Below are positions 1 to 10,788 of a stretch of 64,000 nt of DNA, in pieces (positions within the stretch are counted from its first letter, which is position 1; each line of letters opens with the position of its first letter). The stretch is from the NCBI GenBank assembly GCA_965279035.1, contig OZ257142.1:2057302-2121301 (forward strand). Reading direction: 5' to 3'. The position numbers were made by a program, and so were the translations under genes. The notes beneath the pieces are model-generated. The model was not told where the DNA came from. It ran no database searches and saw only the letters and a list, made by a program, of their open reading frames with translations. The stretch comes from Bacteroidia bacterium. GTDB lineage: Bacteria; Bacteroidota; Bacteroidia; M30B66.

Positions 1-1378
1 AAACGTTCCATCGGAATTGATGCGCGAAGCGAAAACGAAAGGCTATGCCGATCGTCAAATTGCCCATGTGCTGAGATGTCTAGAAAGTGAAGTGTTTAAG
101 AAACGTCATGAAATGGGAATCAAGCGTGTGTATAAAATGGTTGATACATGTGCTGCCGAATTCGAAGCGAAAACACCCTATTTCTATTCAACTTTTGATG
201 GTGAAAATGAAAGTATTAGTTCCGACCGGAAAAAAATAATTGTGCTTGGTTCCGGACCAAATCGAATAGGGCAGGGGATTGAGTTCGATTATAGTTGTGT
301 TCATGGAGTGCTTGCTGCGAAAGAATGTGGCTTTGAAACCATCATGATCAACTGTAATCCAGAAACTGTTTCAACCGATTTTGATATAGCTGATAAACTC
401 TATTTTGAACCCGTATTTTGGGAACATATTTATGACATCATTTTGCACGAAAATCCCGAAGGTGTTATCGTTCAGCTTGGTGGTCAAACAGCTTTAAAGC
501 TTGCCGAAAAGTTGGATCGTTACGGAATTAAGATTATTGGAACTTCATATAAAAGTCTCGATCTAGCCGAAGATCGAGGCAGTTTTTCATCACTATTGCG
601 AGATAATAATATTCCATATCCTCGTTTTGGAGTCATTGAACATGCCGATCAAGCAGCCGATCTAGCACGTGAACTTGGGTTTCCATTATTGGTAAGACCA
701 AGTTATGTGCTCGGTGGACATAACATGAAAATTGTAATTAATGAGCAAGAATTGGAAGATCACGTAGTGGATTTGCTCAAAGATATTCCTGGAAATAAAG
801 TCTTACTCGATCATTTTCTAGATAAAGCTGTTGAAGCTGAATCCGATGCTATTTGCGATGGTGAAAATGTTTACATCATTGGAATTATGGAACATATTGA
901 ACCTGCTGGAATTCACAGTGGAGATTCCAATGCATTGCTTCCCCCATTTAGTTTGAGTGATAACGTAATCAAACAAATTGAAGAACATACGATAACCATT
1001 GCGAAAGCCCTTCATACTGTTGGATTAGTGAATATGCAATTTGCTATTAAAGATGAAGTTGTTTATGTAATCGAAGCCAATCCAAGAGCTTCGCGTACAG
1101 TTCCATTTATTTGCAAAGCCTACGATGAACCGTATGTTAATTATGCGACCAAAGTGATGCTTGGTGTCAATAAAGTCACTGATTTTAAATTCAACCCACG
1201 CAAACATGGATTCGCAATAAAAATTCCAGTTTTCTCGTTTGATAAATTTCCTAACGTGAATAAAGAACTCGGTCCTGAAATGAAATCAACAGGAGAATCT
1301 ATTTTGTTTATCGAAAATTTACAAGATGAAACCTTCTTGCAATTGTATGGTGAACGTAATTTGTATTTAAGTCGATAA
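1..1378 (+). CDS. carB: Carbamoyl-phosphate synthase large subunit, C-terminal part (gene starts upstream of the window); ends right after the second ATP-grasp domain
   Basis: Translation contains IIVLGSGPNRIGQGIEFDY and a second ATP-grasp region (LLVRPSYVLGG, MEHIEPAGIHSGDS), all CarB hallmarks. The reading frame is open from base 1. No MGS-like C-terminal domain is present. Confidence 0.85.
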   Translation, partial: NVPSELMREAKTKGYADRQIAHVLRCLESEVFKKRHEMGIKRVYKMVDTCAAEFEAKTPYFYSTFDGENESISSDRKKIIVLGSGPNRIGQGIEFDYSCVHGVLAAKECGFETIMINCNPETVSTDFDIADKLYFEPVFWEHIYDIILHENPEGVIVQLGGQTALKLAEKLDRYGIKIIGTSYKSLDLAEDRGSFSSLLRDNNIPYPRFGVIEHADQAADLARELGFPLLVRPSYVLGGHNMKIVINEQELEDHVVDLLKDIPGNKVLLDHFLDKAVEAESDAICDGENVYIIGIMEHIEPAGIHSGDSNALLPPFSLSDNVIKQIEEHTITIAKALHTVGLVNMQFAIKDEVVYVIEANPRASRTVPFICKAYDEPYVNYATKVMLGVNKVTDFKFNPRKHGFAIKIPVFSFDKFPNVNKELGPEMKSTGESILFIENLQDETFLQLYGERNLYLSR

Positions 1379-1452
1379 AATATTCTGCCAAAAGGACAGA
1401 GATTTTCGTAGGCAGGTATTTTGTAAATTGCACCGCTCTTCAAAAAAAGAAA

Positions 1453-1710
1453 ATGCGCATACTCTATATACTTCTCATCATTTACATCTTATACAAGGTG
1501 TTCTTCAATTTCATATTACCACTCGTTGTTCGTCATCTTTTTCAAAAAGCAGCCAATAATATGAATGGTGAATTTGGACAATTTCAACAACAAGCCCCTC
1601 CTCGCCGTCAAGGAGAAGTTCGCATTGAAGATCCCGGAACCACTTCTTCCAAGAAAAAACAATTCTCTTCAAACGATGTGGAAGATGTTGATTTCATTGA
1701 GGTGAAATGA
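1453..1710 (+). CDS. Small membrane protein (N-terminal TM helix, acidic C-terminus ending DVDFIEVK); resembles DUF4834-type small proteins
   Basis: 85-aa ORF with a hydrophobic N-terminus and a Q/P-rich middle. Identity rests on weak recollection only. Confidence 0.35.
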   Translation: MRILYILLIIYILYKVFFNFILPLVVRHLFQKAANNMNGEFGQFQQQAPPRRQGEVRIEDPGTTSSKKKQFSSNDVEDVDFIEVK

Positions 1711-2068
1711 TTTATTTATTATTTTATTTAACCAATTCTTCCCTTTTTCAATTTAGATATTAATAAGAACACCTTTATCATGCGAATAATCACCAATTAA
1801 AATACAGATTGACTTTGTATTATTAAATGGAAATCACTTTTCAATCGAAATCTCGTCGAATTAATACAATTAATTCATTCATTTTATTATCGATTTTATT
1901 TTGATCTATTTGATTAGATATTAAACGGATTATTTCACTTCTATATACCTTTTCAAGTATTTCCGAATAGAAATTTATCTATGAATAGTTTGTTTAAAAC
2001 AGCGTAAACAAATCTTCATTCAATCCATGTTGATTTAAATAGGTAATCTATATTTACCTTTTTAAATT

Positions 2069-4726
2069 TTGAGGATGCCTAAAATTAATTTCAAAGCCTT
2101 GCTTCCCCACCTCGCGGCGGTTGCGATTTTTCTCTTACTTATCTTTTCGTATTTCCCCGAATTACTCGATAATAAGAGTCTCCGTATGGATGACGTGGAA
2201 CATCACAAAGGAATGTCCAACGAACTTGCTGATTATCGCGAAAGAACAGGCGAAGAAGCTATCTGGACCAATGCCATGTTTGGTGGAATGCCCGGTTATT
2301 TAATATCAACGGTGTATCACGGGAATTTGCTTCGTTATGCAGATAAAGTAATCAAAATGAACTTGCCTCGTCCTGCCGATTCAATGTTCGTTTTAATGCT
2401 TGGCATGTATGTTTTACTTCTCACTTTTCGAGTAAAACAACCTTTGGCAATTTTAGGTGCTGCCGTTTATTGTTTCTCTACATACAGTTTATTGAGTATG
2501 GAAGCAGGGCATATGTCGAAAATTGATGCAATGTCCTATATGCCCTGGGTTCTTGCAGGGCTTATTACAACGTTTCAAGGAAGAATTATTGTTGGAGGAT
2601 TATTAACTGCCGTTTTCTTAAGTCTCCAAATCAAGGCATCTCACTTTCAGATTACTTACTATCTGATGTTTATATTACTGTTTTTCTCAATTGTTTACCT
2701 CATTCAAAGTATTCGAGAAAAAACATTGCCCGAGTTTGCCAAAGCAGCAGGAGTTCTAGCTCTAGCGGCTGTTTTTGGTGTATTAACAAATGCTTCATCA
2801 CTCTATACAATCAACGATTATGGAAAAGATTCCATTCGTGGAAAATCAGAATTAACTTTAAAAGGTGTTGAAGAAAGCGATGGTCTCGATGCTGGTTATG
2901 CTTTACAATATAGCTATGGTGTTGGTGAAACATTCTCTTACATGATTCCCAATGTGTATGGTGGCGCATCAAATCTTGGACTAGCAGAACAAAAGACAGC
3001 TTTAAAAGAAGCGGACCCTCAATACAAACAATTTCTTGAAGGCTTTCCTCAATACTGGTCTTCTACTTCTACTACTGGTCCTTTTTACACTGGAGCCCTC
3101 ATCTGCTTTTTAGCTGTTCTCGGGTTTTTCTTTGTTAAATCACCAGTAAAATGGGCAATTCTTGCTTCAATCATTCTCGCTTTTATGCTTGCTTGGGGAA
3201 GTAATTTTGAAGATTTTTCAATTTGGATGTTAGAACATTTTCCTGGTTATAATAAGTTTCGAGCCGTCAAAATGACCTTGATTATTTCCGACTTCTTGAT
3301 ACCTCTGATTGCTATATTAGGTTTATCCGAAATCGTTTCAAATCCAGATAGAATCAAAGAAAAGAAAGTTTGGTTTTATGCAGCGTTTGGACTTACTGGT
3401 GGATTATGCTTGCTCTTTTATCTCATGCCCGATTTCTTTTTTAGTTTCGATTATCTAGACAAAAACTACGAAGGACAAATTCGTGGAATGTTGAGTCAAC
3501 AAGGAATGGATGCTGGAGCTTCTCAAACATGGATGGATGGCTTAATATCAAATTTGGAAACAGTTCGAATGGCCATTTTTAAAGCTGATGCTATCCGCTC
3601 TTTCTTCATCATTCTTCTTGGTGCAGCAACAATATTTTCGTACAGTAGAATGAAATTTAATATGTTCATTCTTGCAGCTCTTTTTCTTGTTATAACACTT
3701 GCCGATCAATGGTCAATTGATAAACGGTATGTCAACAAAAAAGATTTTGTATCCAATGCTAAATCGGCTGTTCCTTTTAGCCCTTCAGCTGCTGATGAAG
3801 CTATATTTTCTCTAGAAATTCAAAAAGACCCAACGCTTTTAGCTAAAGTTGAAAAATACAAAAACGAAGGTCTTTTGAGAGCAAAAAAAGCTGGTGGTTT
3901 AGGAGCCGATGATGCGAAATATCGTTTCCGTGGATTACTTGCTAATACCGATTACCGCGTATTAAACTTAGCAGCCAATACATTCAACGATGCAGGAACA
4001 TCATTTTTTCATAAATCGGTTGGAGGATATAGCGCAGTAAAACTTGAACGATATCAAGAATTTATTGAATACCATATCGCGAATAATATTGAATCATTAA
4101 AAAAGGTATTTCAAACTCGTCCAACAGATTCAAGTATTGCAGCAGTTCTTAGTCATTTGTATGCTTTTAATATGCTTAATACGCGGTATATTATTTACAA
4201 CGAACAAGCGCCACCTATTGTCAATAATTCAGCATTAGGAAATGCTTGGTTTGTCAATAATGTGAAAGAAGTTGCTTCTGCCAATGAAGAAATTCTTGCT
4301 TTAGATAGCACGTTTAATCCAGCCAGTACAGCTATTGTTGATAAACGTTTTCATGATCAAATTGCGAATTGGAAATCTCAACCCGATTCAACTGCTAAAA
4401 TTCATCTCGATAGTTATGAGCCCAACGATTTGAAATATTCTTGTTCAGCGGCTTCAGAACAATTAGTTGTTTTTTCTGAGATCTATTATGCCAAAGGCTG
4501 GAATGCCTATGTTGATGGAACACTTAGTCCTCATTTTAGAACAAACTATATCCTTCGTGGAATGAAAATTCCAGCTGGAAAACATAGCATTGAATTTCGC
4601 TTTGAACCTTCATCTTATGCTAATACTGAAAAAATTAGCATGGCAAGTTCTGGACTATTGATTCTATTCGTATTCCTTATGATTTTCCTTGAGGTTAGGA
4701 AAAAAAATGCAGCAGCTAAAGCATAA
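2069..4726 (+). CDS. Large polytopic membrane protein, YfhO-like / GT-C-like family
   Basis: 885 aa with many predicted TM helices in the N-terminal half and a large soluble C-terminal region. Sits next to asnB. Confidence 0.5.
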   Translation: MRMPKINFKALLPHLAAVAIFLLLIFSYFPELLDNKSLRMDDVEHHKGMSNELADYRERTGEEAIWTNAMFGGMPGYLISTVYHGNLLRYADKVIKMNLPRPADSMFVLMLGMYVLLLTFRVKQPLAILGAAVYCFSTYSLLSMEAGHMSKIDAMSYMPWVLAGLITTFQGRIIVGGLLTAVFLSLQIKASHFQITYYLMFILLFFSIVYLIQSIREKTLPEFAKAAGVLALAAVFGVLTNASSLYTINDYGKDSIRGKSELTLKGVEESDGLDAGYALQYSYGVGETFSYMIPNVYGGASNLGLAEQKTALKEADPQYKQFLEGFPQYWSSTSTTGPFYTGALICFLAVLGFFFVKSPVKWAILASIILAFMLAWGSNFEDFSIWMLEHFPGYNKFRAVKMTLIISDFLIPLIAILGLSEIVSNPDRIKEKKVWFYAAFGLTGGLCLLFYLMPDFFFSFDYLDKNYEGQIRGMLSQQGMDAGASQTWMDGLISNLETVRMAIFKADAIRSFFIILLGAATIFSYSRMKFNMFILAALFLVITLADQWSIDKRYVNKKDFVSNAKSAVPFSPSAADEAIFSLEIQKDPTLLAKVEKYKNEGLLRAKKAGGLGADDAKYRFRGLLANTDYRVLNLAANTFNDAGTSFFHKSVGGYSAVKLERYQEFIEYHIANNIESLKKVFQTRPTDSSIAAVLSHLYAFNMLNTRYIIYNEQAPPIVNNSALGNAWFVNNVKEVASANEEILALDSTFNPASTAIVDKRFHDQIANWKSQPDSTAKIHLDSYEPNDLKYSCSAASEQLVVFSEIYYAKGWNAYVDGTLSPHFRTNYILRGMKIPAGKHSIEFRFEPSSYANTEKISMASSGLLILFVFLMIFLEVRKKNAAAKA

Positions 4727-4729
4727 TTC

Positions 4730-6571
4730 ATGTGTGGAATTGCAGGATATTTTCAAGTAGGATCTAAACTTTCTGTTGGTCATATTAACAGAATGACAGA
4801 TGCTCAAAAACACCGCGGTCCAGATGCTGACGGTCATTTTGAACATCCTCGTTGTGGATTAGGTCATCGTCGTTTAAGTATTCTCGATCTTTCTGAAGCA
4901 GCCAATCAACCTTTTTATTCTCTTGATGGACGTTACGTAATTGCATACAATGGTGAGGTGTATAATTTCCAGGAGATTGCCGAAGAACTGAATTTTCAAC
5001 CTCGAACAAGTTCCGATACTGAAGTTATTTTAGAAGCCTATATTCGTTGGGGAACATCCTTCATTCAACGGATGAATGGAATGTTTGCCATAGCGATTTT
5101 CGATATTCAAGAGGAGCATTTATTCATGTGTCGTGATCGTATGGGAATCAAACCCATTTACTATTACTTTCAGGATGGACTCTTTATTTTTTCATCGGAA
5201 CTTAAAGGCTTACTAGCATTAAGGCCTGATATATATTTTAGTCTAGATAAAAATGCTGTTGAAGAATTCCTGCATGTAGGATACATTCCTGAGCCTTTGA
5301 GTATTTGTAATGAAGTGAAGAAATTTCCTTCAGGACATTGGGCTTCTATCAATTCATCAGGAATGGAACTTCATGAATATTGGAATATGGCTGATAAAAT
5401 TGAACCGGAGATTCTGAAAGATGAAACTATCGCCAAAGAAAAATTAAAGCAACTCATCACAAGTTCTGTTCGATATCGGATGATTAGTGATGTGCCATTT
5501 GGAACTTTTTTGAGTGGAGGAATTGATTCAAGTATTGTTACTGCTGTTGCTCAATACAATTCAGAAAAACCGATCAACACATTTTCAATCGGCTTTCGTG
5601 AGAGTAAACACAATGAATCAGAATTTGCAAGTGCTGTTGCTAAACATTTAGGAACTCGACATTTCGAATTTACAGTCACTGAACAAGATGCTATGGAAAT
5701 GCTCGATCAGATGCTTGATGCGTACGATGAGCCATTTGCTGATTCATCGGGAATTCCTACCATGTTAGTTTCTCGCTTAGCTCGACAGCATGTTAGCATG
5801 ACACTTTCGGGTGATGGAGGTGATGAATTGTTTTTAGGTTATGGTTCTTATACGTGGGCAAAACGTATGGCAAACCCAATTGTTAAAGCATTAAGATCTC
5901 CCATATTTTCATTATTAGCTTCATCTAAAAACAATAAATACCGAAGAGCTGCCGACCATTTTCAAAAGAGTAATTATCCATTGAGCCACATTTTTTCTCA
6001 AGAACTTTATTATTTCTCTGAATCTGAAATCGCACTCTTATTGGGAAAAACGAATTTCAATTCAGTTATTGTTGAATCGATTGAAGGATTAGCTCGCAAA
6101 TTAAAGCCAGAAGAGGAGCAAGCTTTTTTTGATTTACGATATTATTTAAAAGATGATTTATTGACGAAAGTAGATCGTGCTACCATGCAATATTCATTAG
6201 AAACACGAGTGCCTTTAATAGATTATCGTATTGTTGAATTTGCACTAAATCTTGATCCATCATTGAAAATAAAAAATGGAACAAGTAAATATTTACTAAA
6301 ACAAGTACTGTATGATTATGTTCCTGAAAGCTTGTTCAATCGCCCTAAATGGGGATTTAGTATTCCACTCGACAAATGGTTAAGTCGTGATTTAAACTAC
6401 TTAATTGAGCAATATACGAGTAAAGAAATGTGTGAGAAATATGGTTTAATCAACTATGAGATTCTGAATAAATATCGAATTGGATTTAAATCAGGAAGAA
6501 CCTATTATTACAATCGTCTTTGGCAAATTATTGTTCTACATAGACATCTTGAAAAATTACAGATTAATTAA
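4730..6571 (+). CDS. asnB: Asparagine synthase (glutamine-hydrolysing)
   Basis: Starts MCGIAGY with the Ntn catalytic Cys2. SGGIDSS PP-loop motif present. 613 aa. Confidence 0.9.
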   Translation: MCGIAGYFQVGSKLSVGHINRMTDAQKHRGPDADGHFEHPRCGLGHRRLSILDLSEAANQPFYSLDGRYVIAYNGEVYNFQEIAEELNFQPRTSSDTEVILEAYIRWGTSFIQRMNGMFAIAIFDIQEEHLFMCRDRMGIKPIYYYFQDGLFIFSSELKGLLALRPDIYFSLDKNAVEEFLHVGYIPEPLSICNEVKKFPSGHWASINSSGMELHEYWNMADKIEPEILKDETIAKEKLKQLITSSVRYRMISDVPFGTFLSGGIDSSIVTAVAQYNSEKPINTFSIGFRESKHNESEFASAVAKHLGTRHFEFTVTEQDAMEMLDQMLDAYDEPFADSSGIPTMLVSRLARQHVSMTLSGDGGDELFLGYGSYTWAKRMANPIVKALRSPIFSLLASSKNNKYRRAADHFQKSNYPLSHIFSQELYYFSESEIALLLGKTNFNSVIVESIEGLARKLKPEEEQAFFDLRYYLKDDLLTKVDRATMQYSLETRVPLIDYRIVEFALNLDPSLKIKNGTSKYLLKQVLYDYVPESLFNRPKWGFSIPLDKWLSRDLNYLIEQYTSKEMCEKYGLINYEILNKYRIGFKSGRTYYYNRLWQIIVLHRHLEKLQIN

Positions 6572-8108
6572 ATAATGGAATATGATAGCTTTTATAAAAT
6601 CCTCGCATATAATTTAAATAGCCAACTCTCCAAACCTTCGTTGCATCTGCATTTAGATAATCTAAAACAGGACGACGATCAGTTAAAATGATTGCATCTT
6701 TTACATCAATGCTATCTTCTTGAATAAATTTATCTTGAATATAATCCGGAACACGATCTTCAAATGTATCCATCGAATTGGAGAATAAATAAATAAGATT
6801 GCTTTTTTCTTCGAGTGAATCAGTCGAATATAACTCAGTAAATAGCCCTATTGCTCGAATCGTTTTATAAAGAGAACGATTTCCTTTCCCTATTTCATTT
6901 TTATAATATCCATTTGAATTAATTAAAACCAATCCACCAGGTTTTAACAAATCACGCGTTTTACTCATGCTTTCAGCAGTAAACACATGTGCTGGAGTTT
7001 CTTCTCCTCTGAATAAATCAAAAATAATTAAATCGTATTGCTTATGAGTGTCATTAATATAATGACGAGCATCATCTTGAATTACATTGACTTCATTTCC
7101 TAATCCAAAAAATTCATGAGATACTTCTATGATTCGTTCATCCAATTCAATCGCATCTACATGCATTCCATTGCTTACTGCTTGCTGAGCTAAAACTCCT
7201 CCACCTAAACCAAGTAGCAACATTTCTGAGCCTTTGGGGAACATCGATAATATATCGCCCGAAACATTAAAATAGGCATGGTCGTTAAATTTTTTATTTT
7301 TTAAATTATAGGAAGTTTGTATAATTCGATTGACAAATAATGTACGTTCATATTGAATCGAATCATGATGCATTACGGGAATATCAGCAACAAGCACTTG
7401 CCCTAATAATCCTTCTTTTTGATATAAAACCTGAATGATTTCGTTACGAATTCGGATTTGCCAATGATGATATCCAAAAGAAAAGAGTGCCGCAATTAGA
7501 AATACTCCAGGCTTTTTCCATCCATTTTTAAAAATTAAAAAAGCAGGAATAATTCCTAAAATAAATCCTGTAGCAATACTGGGTAAAATAAGTCCAAACC
7601 GAGGTATAATAATAAATCCAAAAAGGAATGTAAAGAAAATCCCTCCTGTAGTTGAAATGGCATATACCAAACCTGCACGCTTTCCACTCGATTCGGCCGA
7701 TATATCTAAGTTAGCAACAACCAATGGAGAAACCATTCCCATTCCAATAACAGGTGGTAAAATGATAATCAATCCTGCAGTAACAACGGCATCGGTAAAT
7801 GATAATAAATGTGCAAAGTTCAATACCCATTGTGCTGTAAAGGGCATCATCATTACCAAAATGCCACAATACAATAAGGTTAGTAAGAGTATTTTATCTC
7901 TTCGGTCGTGTTGTGATATACTTCCTCCTAAAAAATAACCAATGGTTAAGCCTCCTAAAGTAATTGCTAAAACTGTTGCCCATACAAATAAGGATGAACC
8001 AAAATAAGGAGCCAACATCCGAGCACTCATCAGTTCGGTAGCCATTAAACTACCTCCTTCGAGAAAGGATAAGCCTAGTAATAATCGATTATGTAGGGAT
8101 AATTGCAT
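6564..8108 (-). CDS. Fused MFS-like membrane domain / spermidine synthase-like methyltransferase-fold protein
   Basis: About 200 aa of N-terminal TM helices, then a C-terminal LLLGLGGGVLAQQ...DAIELDERIIE...YDLIIFDLF region with a spermidine-synthase-like Rossmann fold. Confidence 0.6.
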   Translation of the reverse strand: MQLSLHNRLLLGLSFLEGGSLMATELMSARMLAPYFGSSLFVWATVLAITLGGLTIGYFLGGSISQHDRRDKILLLTLLYCGILVMMMPFTAQWVLNFAHLLSFTDAVVTAGLIIILPPVIGMGMVSPLVVANLDISAESSGKRAGLVYAISTTGGIFFTFLFGFIIIPRFGLILPSIATGFILGIIPAFLIFKNGWKKPGVFLIAALFSFGYHHWQIRIRNEIIQVLYQKEGLLGQVLVADIPVMHHDSIQYERTLFVNRIIQTSYNLKNKKFNDHAYFNVSGDILSMFPKGSEMLLLGLGGGVLAQQAVSNGMHVDAIELDERIIEVSHEFFGLGNEVNVIQDDARHYINDTHKQYDLIIFDLFRGEETPAHVFTAESMSKTRDLLKPGGLVLINSNGYYKNEIGKGNRSLYKTIRAIGLFTELYSTDSLEEKSNLIYLFSNSMDTFEDRVPDYIQDKFIQEDSIDVKDAIILTDRRPVLDYLNADATKVWRVGYLNYMRGFYKSYHIPLFN

Positions 8109-9507
8109 TTTTCTGTATTAGTCCAAGTTCTAACCTCTCTTGCTCTTCTCTTTCAAGTCTTAATCGTTTATTCTCTTTTAGTTCCAATATTTTACTATGA
8201 TCTAATATCATCAATAGGGAAATAAAAAATGGAATACTTGGTATTTTATATCTTACCAATGCACCAAAATTTGCCGTAGTTAATCCCACCGAAAACGCAA
8301 AGAAAATCACAAAAACAAAAGAGAATATTAACAGAGGTTCTGAAAATATTTTTCGAAATACCTTAAACAGTCCAACCCTAAAAAATACTCTTAAAGTTAA
8401 AAAGATAAGAAATGTGTTTTCAAGTGCCGACATCAACATTACTGGATTGGATGCATCCCATAAAAAAGGTCTGTAAAGTCCTGCTAATAAAGCTACCGGG
8501 AATTTTGAAATAATACTTCCAGTTGAACCATCCATTTCGCCGATATCAAATGAATTAGCTCCATAGGCTTCCCGAGTAAGATCTTTTTTTGTGACAATGG
8601 CTTTGTTAATCGCTTTATCAACCGAACTATACGAACCTAATGAACTACCAAGAGCATTGAAAATTGCTGTTGCTCCTAAAAATCCAATCATAATAATGAG
8701 AGGAGAAATGAGTATTCGAATAAAACTACTTCGCACAGATTTTATTCGATTATATAATATCCAAATGGTGGCTCCAGGAAGTAATGCAACAAAAATGTAA
8801 GGCTTAATGGAAATGATTACATACGATGCAAGAAGTAAATAAATAAAATATTTTGTCCTATTATGCTTCTTAATAAACACATTATAAATACAGTAGGTAA
8901 TCCAACACGTTGCCGAAAATGTCACTGTATCTTTCAAAATTGCTGATCCCCAAAATAAAAGTGAGGGCATAAACAAAATCGATATGGCGAATTTTTTCTC
9001 CATGTTGGGATAAAGCTCATTGAAGAGTAAGAACAATCTCCAAATTCCACCATAGGATAAAAACGCAAATAAAAACGTAGTAACAAAAAAACTAAATCCA
9101 GAAAAAATGATAATCGGTCCTGCTATTCTAACTACAGTAAATGATTGAGGATCGCGATAATAATCAGGACAACACAAATCATTTTCTGCAAAACGTAATA
9201 AATTGAGATTACTCAGATTACCTCCGACAACCGAAAAAAATGTTTCTTGATTAACTAATCCCAAACTGGCAAGTAATCTGCCGCTTTTGTAAAATCCAAT
9301 CGTATCACCTCCTCCGTAGTAAAATATATAAATCATACATACGAGAAAACTCCCTACAAACTTGGCAAGAAGTCCTAATGTATAATATTTATATATCGGG
9401 TTAGAGGCAATGTTATTCTGTTGAATTTGTCGAGCAAAATAAAATAAGGCAACCAAATAAATTGGCATGAGAATAAAATCCTTAGCCGAATAAAGTGCCT
9501 CATTCAT
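8089..9507 (-). CDS. Polytopic integral membrane protein of unknown function (possible glycan polymerase / GT-C-like)
   Basis: 472 aa, more than 10 hydrophobic segments. Overlaps the downstream gene by 20 nt, so probably an operon. Confidence 0.45.
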   Translation of the reverse strand: MNEALYSAKDFILMPIYLVALFYFARQIQQNNIASNPIYKYYTLGLLAKFVGSFLVCMIYIFYYGGGDTIGFYKSGRLLASLGLVNQETFFSVVGGNLSNLNLLRFAENDLCCPDYYRDPQSFTVVRIAGPIIIFSGFSFFVTTFLFAFLSYGGIWRLFLLFNELYPNMEKKFAISILFMPSLLFWGSAILKDTVTFSATCWITYCIYNVFIKKHNRTKYFIYLLLASYVIISIKPYIFVALLPGATIWILYNRIKSVRSSFIRILISPLIIMIGFLGATAIFNALGSSLGSYSSVDKAINKAIVTKKDLTREAYGANSFDIGEMDGSTGSIISKFPVALLAGLYRPFLWDASNPVMLMSALENTFLIFLTLRVFFRVGLFKVFRKIFSEPLLIFSFVFVIFFAFSVGLTTANFGALVRYKIPSIPFFISLLMILDHSKILELKENKRLRLEREEQERLELGLIQKNAIIPT

Positions 9508-9570
9508 AATTTTAAAAACTTCTCTTGTAAATTTGCCCTATACTGCAAAGGAAACCAATTCGTAACGATT

Positions 9571-10788
9571 TTGAAAATTCTCTTTCTATCCTATGATGGC
9601 ATGACTGATCCACTTGGACAATCGCAAGTTATCCCATATTTACAGGGATTATCAGCAGCTGGTCACCAGGTTTGGCTTATGAGCTTCGAAAAACCAGAAC
9701 GCTACCTTCAAGGGAAAGAGTTTGTTTCTTCACTTTTAAAATCATCTACTATTCATTGGCTTCCTCAACTATATCGATCAAAACCTCCTGTAATTTCTAC
9801 ATTATTGGATGTTCGTACGATGAGAAAAAAAGCCTACGAATGCATTCAGCTTAATCAAATTGATGTTCTGCATTGTAGAAGTTATATTTCTGCTTTAGTT
9901 GGTCAATCGGCTAAAAAGAAATTTGGAACCCGTTTCATATTTGATATGCGCGGATTCTGGGCCGATGAACGCGTGGATGGTGGAATTTGGAATCTGAAAA
10001 ATCCGCTCTTTAAAACCATTTACAACTTCTTCAAATCGAAAGAGAAACAATTTCTTCTTCAAGCAGATACTACCGTTTCTCTTACTAAAAATGCTTCTGC
10101 CGAAATTCACTCTTGGAAAGGATTTGAAACTATTCCCATAAAGGTTATTCCCTGTTGTGCCGATTTGACACTTTATAAAAGACCTAGTGATGAAGCAATT
10201 TTAGCAAAGCGAAAAGAATTGGGAATCTCAAACGATCAATTTGTATTAACCTATTTAGGATCATTAGGAACCTGGTACATGTTGCCCGAAATGATTCTCT
10301 TTTTTAAAGTATTGCTTCAAACAAAACCCAATGCTCGTTTTTTATTTATCACGGGAGATCATCCTCAGATGGTCACAGATGAAGCAAAGCGACAACAAAT
10401 TCCAGAATACCATTTTATCATTCAAAAATCTTCAAGAAATGAAGTGCCTCTTTGGGCTTCTATTGGAAATGCTTCGATCTTTTTTATCAAACCACTCTAT
10501 TCTAAAAAAGCCTCTTCTCCAACAAAAATGGGCGAATTAATGGCTTTAGGCATGCCCATAATTTGTAACAATCGGGTAGGTGATGTGGAAAGCATTCTTC
10601 AAGATGGTGGAAATGGTGTCATTGTGAAAAATTTCACTTCACCAGATTTTGAAACTGCAATCCAGCAATTAAATTCAGTTCTAATTCAAAATCCCGAAAA
10701 TTCTATTCAATGTGCCTATCGTCATTATTCACTTTCTGATGGTATTGATCGATATAATGGAATTTATTCTCAATGGATTTACTCATGA
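9571..10788 (+). CDS. Glycosyltransferase, GT-B fold (family 4-like)
   Basis: N-terminal KILFLSYDGMTDPLGQSQV Rossmann start. C-terminal GT-B region. The start codon is TTG, so the true start is uncertain. Confidence 0.55.
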   Translation: MKILFLSYDGMTDPLGQSQVIPYLQGLSAAGHQVWLMSFEKPERYLQGKEFVSSLLKSSTIHWLPQLYRSKPPVISTLLDVRTMRKKAYECIQLNQIDVLHCRSYISALVGQSAKKKFGTRFIFDMRGFWADERVDGGIWNLKNPLFKTIYNFFKSKEKQFLLQADTTVSLTKNASAEIHSWKGFETIPIKVIPCCADLTLYKRPSDEAILAKRKELGISNDQFVLTYLGSLGTWYMLPEMILFFKVLLQTKPNARFLFITGDHPQMVTDEAKRQQIPEYHFIIQKSSRNEVPLWASIGNASIFFIKPLYSKKASSPTKMGELMALGMPIICNNRVGDVESILQDGGNGVIVKNFTSPDFETAIQQLNSVLIQNPENSIQCAYRHYSLSDGIDRYNGIYSQWIYS

